Below, piece by piece: positions 25,795 to 32,000 of a DNA stretch of 32,000 bases. The DNA is taken from positions 30,001 to 62,000 of the forward strand of contig NZ_BCZP01000005.1 in assembly GCF_001598795.1 (NCBI RefSeq), read 5' to 3'. Within the stretch, counting starts at the first letter, position 1. The number at the start of each line of letters is the position of its first letter. This DNA comes from Delftia acidovorans NBRC 14950. Lineage in GTDB: Bacteria > Pseudomonadota > Gammaproteobacteria > Burkholderiales > Burkholderiaceae_C. Made by a program: the position numbers and the translations under genes. The notes under the pieces were generated by a model. The model did no database searches and was not told the DNA's origin. It was given only the letters and a program-made list of their open reading frames with translations.

Positions 25795-25867
25795 GCAGGC
25801 GGCAGGCGGCAGGCGGCAGGCGGCAGGCGGCAGGCGGCAGGCGGCAGGCGGCAGGCGGCAGGCGGCA
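25795..25867. repeat. Heptanucleotide microsatellite (GCAGGCG)x10.4
   Basis: Ten perfect 7-nt units plus 3 nt, counted directly. It starts 77 nt upstream of the start codon at 25717 of the minus-strand operon. Confidence 0.95.
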
Positions 25868-26052
25868 ATGATCGCCCCTACAGCCTGGAAGGCCAGCAGC
25901 TCAGCCTGGCCCAGTTGAAAAACGCGCTCTCCAGGAAATGGACATCAGCCCCCGATGCCAACAGCACGGCACGAATTGCCGTACGGGTCGATCCCGATGC
26001 GCCATGTCAGCACTGACAATGACTCAGATTTCCCTGTACTGCGGCACTGCGC

Positions 26053-26340
26053 TCAGCATTTAATTGAATCAGAGATAGTAAAAAGATAATCCAAGCCCAA
26101 GTTTCCAGGCCTGATTTCCTCCAGATGTTTTTGAAAGCAATTCGAATCTACATCGTCTCCATCCCGACCGTCCCAAAAATCATAAAGCTCAAGAACTTCT
26201 TTTGCCTCGTCAATCTCGGCTTGTGTAAAACCTCGTGCGTGAGCCAGACCAGGAGATGTGAGCACAGACAAAGAAATTGCAAGCCCAGCGATGCTGAGCC
26301 TGAAACACCTCGACATTTCTATCGCGAAGTTATCATGCAT
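26053..26340 (-). CDS. Small secreted hypothetical protein in an AT-rich islet
   Basis: An AGGAGG SD lies 7 nt before the ATG at 26340 (the ATG at 26346 is too close to it). Signal peptide …LSIAGLAISLSVLTSPGLAHA-RG. Acidic mature part ending in Cys. Confidence 0.55.
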   Translation of the reverse strand: MHDNFAIEMSRCFRLSIAGLAISLSVLTSPGLAHARGFTQAEIDEAKEVLELYDFWDGRDGDDVDSNCFQKHLEEIRPGNLGLDYLFTISDSIKC

Positions 26341-26659
26341 AGTCATTCCTCCTGTTCAAAATTGATATGACACACCTTTACCGGATATTTCAACAGAATG
26401 AACCAGCCATCACCTCACCCAGATTCAAGCACACTTCACAATAATTCATCCAATACGGATCAGATATTGACAATTTGAATCCGATAGATGTATTTCAAAT
26501 GACGACGTGTCGCTGGTTGCAGCGTCTGGACAGCGCAAGCCTGTGTCCGAAGACACCCAGGCCGCCCCCTGTTTTCTGGCTGGCCCCGACCAGCACCTTC
26601 GGAGTTATCACGATTAATTGAAGTTTGCGTGATACATCCGCTACAGGGTCCCTCCAACA

Positions 26660-27313
26660 ATGGGACCCATGAACACCGCCCTCATCACCCCCCAACCGGC
26701 ACAGCCCAAGGATGGCCAGCGCATCCACCCGCTGTGGCTGCGCCTCACGCATTGGCTCAATGCGCTGGCCGTGGTCATCCTGGTGACCAGCGGCTGGCGC
26801 ATCTACAACGCGGCGCCGTTCTTTGATTTCAGCTTTCCGGGCTCGATCACGCTGGGCGGCTGGCTGGGCGGGGCGCTGCAATGGCACTTCGCGGCCATGT
26901 GGCTGCTGGTGTTCAACGGACTGCTGTACCTGCTGCTCAATATCGCCAGCGGCCGGTGGCTGCGCAAGTTCTTTCCCGTCAGCGTGCAGGGCGTGCGCCA
27001 GGACCTGGTGGCCGCCCTCAAGGGCCGGCTGTCGCACGCCGACCCGGCCCGCTACAACCATGTGCAAAAGCTGGCCTACCTGTTCGTGGTGCTGGACCTG
27101 GTGGTGATCGTGCTGTCGGGCCTGGTGCTCTGGAAGTCGGTGCAGTTCCCGCTGCTGCGCGAGTTGCTGGGCGGCTATGAATCCGCACGGCGCGTGCACT
27201 TCTTCGGCATGTCCGCGCTGGTGGCCTTCGTGGTGGTGCACCTGGCAATGGTCGCCCTGGTGCCCCGGACCTTCCTGACCATGATCCACGGCCGTGCGCC
27301 CAAGTCCCCATGA
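26660..27313 (+). CDS. Membrane di-haem cytochrome b (cytochrome b561 / Ni-hydrogenase b-type family)
   Basis: HPLWLRLTHWLNALAVVILVTSGWRIY, four TM helices, conserved His residues (WHFAAMW, VHFFGMSALVAFVVVH). An alternative ATG at 26669 is possible. Confidence 0.75.
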   Translation: MGPMNTALITPQPAQPKDGQRIHPLWLRLTHWLNALAVVILVTSGWRIYNAAPFFDFSFPGSITLGGWLGGALQWHFAAMWLLVFNGLLYLLLNIASGRWLRKFFPVSVQGVRQDLVAALKGRLSHADPARYNHVQKLAYLFVVLDLVVIVLSGLVLWKSVQFPLLRELLGGYESARRVHFFGMSALVAFVVVHLAMVALVPRTFLTMIHGRAPKSP

Positions 27314-28101
27314 ACATCTTCAAAGCCCCTTCCCTGCCCGGCGTCGATGGCGCGGCCGTGGTGCGCGAGGCACGCTCGCTGATCTCCCGCAAGCTGGACC
27401 AGCCCGCACGCCGCACCTTCTTGCAGCGCTCGCTCACGCTGGGCGGCCTGTCCCTGCTCACGGGCTGCAGCATCAGCGATGACAGCCACGTCGAGGCCGC
27501 GCTCAGCCAGGTATCGCGCTTCAACGACCGCATGCAGGGCCTGCTGTTCAGCCCCTCGCGGCTGGCGCCCACCTATTCCGCAGCCGAGATCACGCGCCCC
27601 TTCCCTTTCAATGCCTATTACGGAGAGGACGAGGTACGCGAGGTGGACGGGGCCAGCTGGCGCCTGGAGGTGACCGGCATGGTCGCCGACCGCCATGCCT
27701 GGACCCTGGCCGAGCTGCGCGCCATGCCGCAGGACGAACAGATCACGCGCCACATCTGCGTGGAAGGCTGGAGCGCCATAGGCCGCTGGGGCGGCGTGCG
27801 CTTTGCCGATTTCCTGCGCCACATAGGCGCCGACACCAGTGCCAAGTACGTCGGCTTCAAGTGCGTTGACGACTACTTCACCAGCATAGACATGGCCACG
27901 GCCCTGCATCCGCAGACGCTGATGGCATTGACTTACGACGGGCAGCCCCTGCCGCCCAAATATGGCTTTCCGATGAAGCTGCGCATGCCCACCAAGCTGG
28001 GCTACAAGAACCCGAAGCACATCCAGGCCATGTTCGTCACCAACACCTACTCCGGCGGCTACTGGGAAGACCAGGGCTACAACTGGTTCGGAGGCAGTTG
28101 A
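27310..28101 (+). CDS. Molybdopterin-dependent oxidoreductase, sulfite-oxidase fold (YedY/MsrP-related), Tat-lipoprotein-like
   Basis: ARRTFLQRSLTLGGLSLLTGC (twin-Arg plus lipobox). Mo-ligand region ITRHICVEGWSAIGRWGGVRFADFL. The ATG overlaps the cytochrome b stop (ATGA). Confidence 0.8.
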   Translation: MNIFKAPSLPGVDGAAVVREARSLISRKLDQPARRTFLQRSLTLGGLSLLTGCSISDDSHVEAALSQVSRFNDRMQGLLFSPSRLAPTYSAAEITRPFPFNAYYGEDEVREVDGASWRLEVTGMVADRHAWTLAELRAMPQDEQITRHICVEGWSAIGRWGGVRFADFLRHIGADTSAKYVGFKCVDDYFTSIDMATALHPQTLMALTYDGQPLPPKYGFPMKLRMPTKLGYKNPKHIQAMFVTNTYSGGYWEDQGYNWFGGS

Positions 28102-28206
28102 GCGGCCTTCCAAGCCGCTGGGCCGCCAACGAAGGTGCGAGGCCGGGCCCATCCAAAGCCGGCCGATTTGCAATACCGCAAACCGCTAATCCAAAGGAAG
28201 ACTCAA

Positions 28207-28491
28207 ATGACCAAGCTCACCACCACCCTGCTCGCCACCTGCCTCGCCCTGGCCGGTGCCACCACGGCATTCGCTGCGGATGAGATGGCGAAGGACGGCA
28301 TGTCCAACGGAGCCATGTCCAAGGATTCGATGTCCAAGGACGGAATGAAGAAGGACTCCATGGCCAAGGACGGCATGAAGAAAGACTCCATGTCCAAGGA
28401 CGGGATGAAGAAGGACTCGATGTCCAAGGACGGCATGCACAAGGATGGAATGAAGAAGGATTCCATGGGCAAGGACGCCATGTCCAAATAA
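28207..28491 (+). CDS. Pentapeptide MXKDX repeat protein (secreted, Met-rich)
   Basis: AAGGAAG SD. Signal peptide MTKLTTTLLATCLALAGATTAFA-AD. About 14 repeats of M-x-K-D-x (MSKDG, MKKDS …), so there is a Met at every fifth residue. Confidence 0.85.
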   Translation: MTKLTTTLLATCLALAGATTAFAADEMAKDGMSNGAMSKDSMSKDGMKKDSMAKDGMKKDSMSKDGMKKDSMSKDGMHKDGMKKDSMGKDAMSK

Positions 28492-28492
28492 G

Positions 28493-28517
28493 CAGACGGA
28501 CTCGCCTGATCCGTCTG
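28493..28517 (+). terminator. Hairpin just after the MXKDX stop (weak intrinsic terminator candidate)
   Basis: cagacgga-ctcgcctga-tccgtctg, a perfect 8-bp stem. No clear T tract follows. Confidence 0.3.
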
Positions 28518-28652
28518 GTGCCCTCCAGGCGGTCGGGCCGTCGGGGCTGCTTGGAAAGCTGACTGGGGCTGCCGATCAGGCAACCAGGCACAGAGCCCGG
28601 TCCTGCCTGCGCCCCGAGTGCCCGCTCTGCAACAGAAGCGGGCCGGCGGGCT

Positions 28653-28916
28653 TCAGCGGCGCTGCGGAGGACGCGGGCCCGGTGCGCCGGAGCGTTGCTC
28701 GATGTGGCGGAACGTGAGGCGACCCTTGTTCAGGTCATAGGGCGACATTTCAAGCGTCACCTTGTCGCCGGCCAGCACGCGGATGCGGTGCTTGCGCATT
28801 TTTCCGCCGGTATAGGCGATGAGCTGGTGGCCGTTTTCCAGCGTTACGCGGAAGCGGGAATCAGGCAGCACTTCGTCTACCCGGCCTTGCATTTCGATCA
28901 GTTCTTCTTTAGCCAA
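28653..28916 (-). CDS. infA: Translation initiation factor IF-1 paralogue
   Basis: (M)[69 protein letters not shown] aligns along its length with E. coli IF-1. TTG start at 28916 with an AGGAG SD 5 nt upstream. Extra 15-aa tail [17 protein letters not shown]. Confidence 0.85.
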   Translation of the reverse strand: MAKEELIEMQGRVDEVLPDSRFRVTLENGHQLIAYTGGKMRKHRIRVLAGDKVTLEMSPYDLNKGRLTFRHIEQRSGAPGPRPPQRR

Positions 28917-29034
28917 TGGGACTCCTGTGAGTACATGTTGAAAGGGTTGCGTCGCCGCAAGTTGCTGGTGCAGCACCATGCTGCGGCCTTGGGCCAGCGC
29001 AGGATGACCGCTGCACGCAGGCAGCGGAGCATCG

Positions 29035-29070
29035 AAAAAAGGGAAAAGAGGTCCCTGCAGGTGGCAGGGA
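29035..29070 (-). terminator. Rho-independent terminator-like hairpin plus T tract (minus strand)
   Basis: The minus strand reads tccctgc-cacct-gcaggga followed by cctcttttcccttttttcg. It lies about 350 nt downstream of the gntP-like stop and about 120 nt upstream of the infA start. Confidence 0.5.
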
Positions 29071-29416
29071 GAGTGCGGACCCGGGAGGTGGGTTGGATTC
29101 GCGTGGTGCTCGCCGTTGAGAGTGACAGTTGCGGACCTCGTCACAGACTTTGTGACAGTGGGCGGCTAACGGCAGCCCGGAGACCGCGAAGGTGTCAGAC
29201 GGGCACTGAGGAGGCGAACAACAAGGACAGCACCTCCATCAGTATAGGTGAATTGCCGGCCGCGCGTTGAAGCGGCGCCGGGTACCACACCTGTACGGGA
29301 CGGCATTTTCCCTGTCGCGACTGGGGCAATTCGCAGTCGAACCGGGAGAAGTGCCCTCTCTTGGTGGTTGCCGCGGCATCGAAGCGGCCGCCGGCGGCCC
29401 GCCTCATGCCTTTCAC

Positions 29417-30805
29417 CTATCCCAGCTTGGGCAGCAGATTGAACAGCAGCACCATCAGCAGGCCCACAAAGGACACGATGGACTGGACCACGGTAATGGT
29501 CTTGGTGGCCTCGCCCATGCTCATGCCGAAGGACTCCTTCACCATCCAGAAGCCCGCGTGGTTGGCGTAGTTGAAGAACAGCGAGCCGCAGCCAATGGCC
29601 AGCGCCAGCAGCGGCACGTTCAGCGAAGGATCGGAGGCCGCCAGCGGCGCCAGCAGGCCCGCCGCGCCCACGATGCCCACGGTGGCCGAGCCGGTGGACA
29701 CCGACAGCAGCATGGCGATCATCCAGCCCAGCACCAGCGGAGGCAGGGCGAACTGCTGGGTCATGTGGACGATGGCATCGCCCACCTTGGCGCTGGTCAG
29801 GATCTGCTGGAAGGCGCCGCCGCCCGCAATGATGAGCATGATGCCGGCGATGGGCTTGAGGCTCTGGCCCAGCGCGTCGCGCAGCTTCTCGGCATCGGCG
29901 CCGCGCAGATAGCCCAGGGTGATGGAGGCAAACACCACGCCCAGCAGCATGGCCACCAGCGGATTGCCCAGGAAGGCCGCCGCATGCAGCAGGCCCGAAT
30001 CCTTGGGCAGAAGCACCTCGGCCAGCGCATGCACCAGCATCAGCAGCGCGGGCAGCAAGGCGCACAGCACGCCCATGCCGATGCTGGGCGCACTGCCCTC
30101 CCCGCCTTCCTTCTTGCCTGATGTGAACTGCTCCAGCAGGGCTGCATCGGGGCGCGTGCTCATGCGCGGCGTGATGAAGGCCCCATACAGCGGGCCACCC
30201 AGCACCATGGCGGGAATCACTGCCAGAAAGCCGTACAGCATGGTCGGGCCGACCGTGGTGTGCAGCGTGGCAATGGCGGTGAGAGGGCCGGGGTGCGGCG
30301 GCACCATGCCGTGCATGGCGGCCAGCGCGGCGATCACGGGCACGCCCACATAGACATAGGCCGATCCCTTGAAGCGCTCATTGCTTTCCAGCTTGCGCGC
30401 CACGCTGAAGATCAGCGGCAGCATGACCACCAGCCCCACCTCGAAGAACATGGGGATGCCGATCACGAAGGCCACCAGGGTCATGGCCCAGGGAATCATG
30501 CGCTCGGAGGTGCGCTGCAGGATGGCACTGGCCAGCCGCTCGGTGGTGCCGGAGTCCGCCAGGATCTTGCCCAGCATGGCGCCCAGGGCAATCACCACGC
30601 CCACCGCGCCCAGCGTCTTGCCGGCCCCGTTGGTGAGGTTCTTGACGATCTCGCCCGGCGCCATGCCCGTGGCAAAGCCCACGCCAATGGAAACCACCAG
30701 CAGGGCCAGCAAGGGATGAAGACGGATGCGCGAGACGATCAGCGCGACGAGGACCAGCACGCTGGCCAGCGCGATGAGCAGCAGTTGGGTATCGAATGAA
30801 GACAT
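29417..30805 (-). CDS. GntP-family (gluconate:H+ symporter family) permease
   Basis: Start at MSSFDTQLLLIALASVLVLV. …GAMLGKILADSGTTERLA…IPMFFEVGLVVMLPLIF… matches the GntT/GntP layout. About 12 TM segments. Confidence 0.85.
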   Translation of the reverse strand: MSSFDTQLLLIALASVLVLVALIVSRIRLHPLLALLVVSIGVGFATGMAPGEIVKNLTNGAGKTLGAVGVVIALGAMLGKILADSGTTERLASAILQRTSERMIPWAMTLVAFVIGIPMFFEVGLVVMLPLIFSVARKLESNERFKGSAYVYVGVPVIAALAAMHGMVPPHPGPLTAIATLHTTVGPTMLYGFLAVIPAMVLGGPLYGAFITPRMSTRPDAALLEQFTSGKKEGGEGSAPSIGMGVLCALLPALLMLVHALAEVLLPKDSGLLHAAAFLGNPLVAMLLGVVFASITLGYLRGADAEKLRDALGQSLKPIAGIMLIIAGGGAFQQILTSAKVGDAIVHMTQQFALPPLVLGWMIAMLLSVSTGSATVGIVGAAGLLAPLAASDPSLNVPLLALAIGCGSLFFNYANHAGFWMVKESFGMSMGEATKTITVVQSIVSFVGLLMVLLFNLLPKLG

Positions 30806-30849
30806 AGGAAGCTTGGAGTTGTGATTCTTGGCGTTGGACCCCGCCTGCG

Positions 30850-30878
30850 CGCTTGCGGCATGCGGCATGCCGCAAGCG
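30850..30878. promoter_or_regulatory. 29-bp perfect palindrome in the gntP/GNAT divergent spacer
   Basis: cgcttgcggcatgc-g-gcatgccgcaagcg. Its centre is a tandem ggcatgc ggcatgc. It lies 45 nt upstream of the permease start codon. Confidence 0.4.
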
Positions 30879-31020
30879 GTGGGCGGTTTCCAATCGCTAC
30901 AAATCGTATGCCTGGGCCTGTCGGCGGGTTGTAGGTTTCAGGCTTGTTCACAGAGTTCGCGCTGGCGCCGGTCCACAATCGTGCCTGCCGGGCAAGCCCG
31001 GTGCTGCCATCCCGGAACCC

Positions 31021-31560
31021 ATGCGCATACACCATCCCCCCGTACCGGAGCTGCCCGGAATCTCCCTTCGCCAGATCGAACGCTCGGACATCGGCGCCTG
31101 GTACGCCTACCTGAGGCTGCCCGCCGTCACCGAGCACACCAGTTGGAACCTCGCCTCAGGCGACGACCTGCTGCCGCTGTTCGATGCGTTCGAGTCCCCG
31201 TCCGCCGACTCCCAGCGCCGCCTGGCCGTCGTCGATGCCCGCAGTGGCCGGATGGTGGGCAGCATCGGCTTTCACACCATCTCCGGCGTGAACCGCACCG
31301 CCGAAATCGCCTACGACCTCGCCCCGGAGTACTGGGGACGCGGCATAGCCAAGGCCCTGTGCGCGACAGTGACCCGATGGGCCTTTCAGGAATACGGCTT
31401 CATCCGCATCCAGGCTGCGGTGCTGGAGTCGAACCAGGCCTCGGCCAAGGTCGTGCAGGCCTGCGGGTACCGGCATGAGGGGCTGCTGCGTTCGTTCAGG
31501 CTGGTTCGCGGAATGCCCAGGGACTATGCGCTCTATGCGCGGCTTGCGACAGACGAATGA
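31021..31560 (+). CDS. GNAT-family N-acetyltransferase (RimJ/RimL-like)
   Basis: …VGSIGFH…AEIAYDLAPEYWGRGIAKALCATVTRWAF… (acetyl-CoA loop WGRGIAKA). Start at MRIHHPP (ATG at 31021). Confidence 0.8.
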   Translation: MRIHHPPVPELPGISLRQIERSDIGAWYAYLRLPAVTEHTSWNLASGDDLLPLFDAFESPSADSQRRLAVVDARSGRMVGSIGFHTISGVNRTAEIAYDLAPEYWGRGIAKALCATVTRWAFQEYGFIRIQAAVLESNQASAKVVQACGYRHEGLLRSFRLVRGMPRDYALYARLATDE

Positions 31561-31585
31561 GCGGGCGATAAGCCCAGGCATCCCC

Positions 31586-32000
31586 ATGCACTCCTGCAGC
31601 GATCCTCACGCGCCCCGCACTCTGGACCTCATCCCCAACGATCCTGTCCAGCCCGAGTTCCAGCGCCTGGAGGATGATGCGCGCGCAGCCATCGCCAGCG
31701 CCCTCGGCGAGGCGCTGGACAGCCTCTACCTGTATGGCAGCGTGGCGCGCGGCTGCGCGAGGGCGGGCTTCTCGGACCTGGATCTGACGATCGTGCTGGC
31801 CCGCCCCCTCTCCAGGCAGGAGAGCTCCCGGCTGGAGCAGCTGCGCCAGGACCTGCAACTACGTCACAAAGAAGTCGTGAAGATCGATTTCGATCTGGGC
31901 ACTCGGCAAGAGGTGCTGGATCCGGCTCATCTTTACAGCTGGGGCTACTGGCTCAAGCATGAGTGCCGCTGCATCCATGGAGAAGACCTGGCGCAGCAGT
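31586..32000 (+). CDS. Nucleotidyltransferase-domain protein (AadA/ANT-like minimal NTase fold), 3' end outside the window
   Basis: Not in the supplied ORF track because it runs off the window. My own translation is MHSCSDPHAPRTLDLIPNDP…LDSLYLYGSVARGCARAGFSDLDLTIVLARPL…, which has the G-S…D-x-D NTase signature. Confidence 0.6.
   Translation, partial: MHSCSDPHAPRTLDLIPNDPVQPEFQRLEDDARAAIASALGEALDSLYLYGSVARGCARAGFSDLDLTIVLARPLSRQESSRLEQLRQDLQLRHKEVVKIDFDLGTRQEVLDPAHLYSWGYWLKHECRCIHGEDLAQQ

Noticed and set aside
25795-25867. The heptamer tract as a CRISPR array or as coding sequence (the listed ORFs read AGGRRQAAGGRRQ).
   Set aside because: The units are contiguous with no spacers. A 7-nt period cannot be maintained in one reading frame, and the ORFs crossing it have no other coding features.
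29140-29156. GTCACA-gactt-TGTGAC as a CRP/FNR-type site upstream of infA.
   Set aside because: The half-sites are in the opposite order to TGTGA-N6-TCACA and the spacing is 5 nt. It is probably just a small hairpin.
29247-29355. Cobalamin-riboswitch-like words on the plus strand: GGTGAATTGCC, GCGACTGG and CCGGGAGAAGTGCC (13 of the 17 B12-box-like positions I aligned).
   Set aside because: The motif set is incomplete. No plus-strand gene lies downstream, because the region is antisense to the GntP permease. The matches are short and GC-rich. Only an Infernal scan could revive this.

Overview
This is a high-GC chromosomal segment. Hand-counted 60-nt lines run about 65-77% GC. It looks betaproteobacterial, probably Burkholderiales/Comamonadaceae; that is an inference from GC content, two Bug/TctC-type binding proteins, the number of LysR regulators and REP-like palindromes. 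I call 34 protein-coding genes and one decayed gene. I saw no rRNA, tRNA, CRISPR array, integrase or transposase. From left to right the window holds: the 3' part of a multi-haem cytochrome c; an SDR / acyl-CoA synthetase / Bug operon with a convergent LysR; a hydrolase / Bug unit with a divergent second LysR; and a REP-rich spacer. Next comes an AT-rich island of about 3.2 kb (9.86-13.1 kb) carrying five small orphan cytoplasmic ORFs and a frameshifted XRE-type regulator. After that come a FecBCDE-type ABC importer, an IclR regulator, a TonB-dependent receptor co-operonic with an NtaA/DszA-type flavin monooxygenase, and an OmpR/histidine-kinase operon. That operon also encodes a Tat-lipoprotein intradiol-dioxygenase-like protein and a His-rich small periplasmic protein. 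The remainder holds a (GCAGGCG)x10 microsatellite, a second AT-rich islet with one small secreted ORF, and a cytochrome b + sulfite-oxidase-fold Mo enzyme + Met-rich MXKDX repeat protein cluster. It ends with an infA paralogue, a GntP permease, a GNAT and a partial nucleotidyltransferase. The best candidate for something undescribed is the AT-rich island, whose function I cannot assign. Secondary candidates are the receptor-monooxygenase-IclR iron module, the Mo-enzyme/Met-rich protein trio and the heptamer repeat upstream of the two-component operon. All functional calls come from recognising motifs by eye in the translations. No database search was possible.
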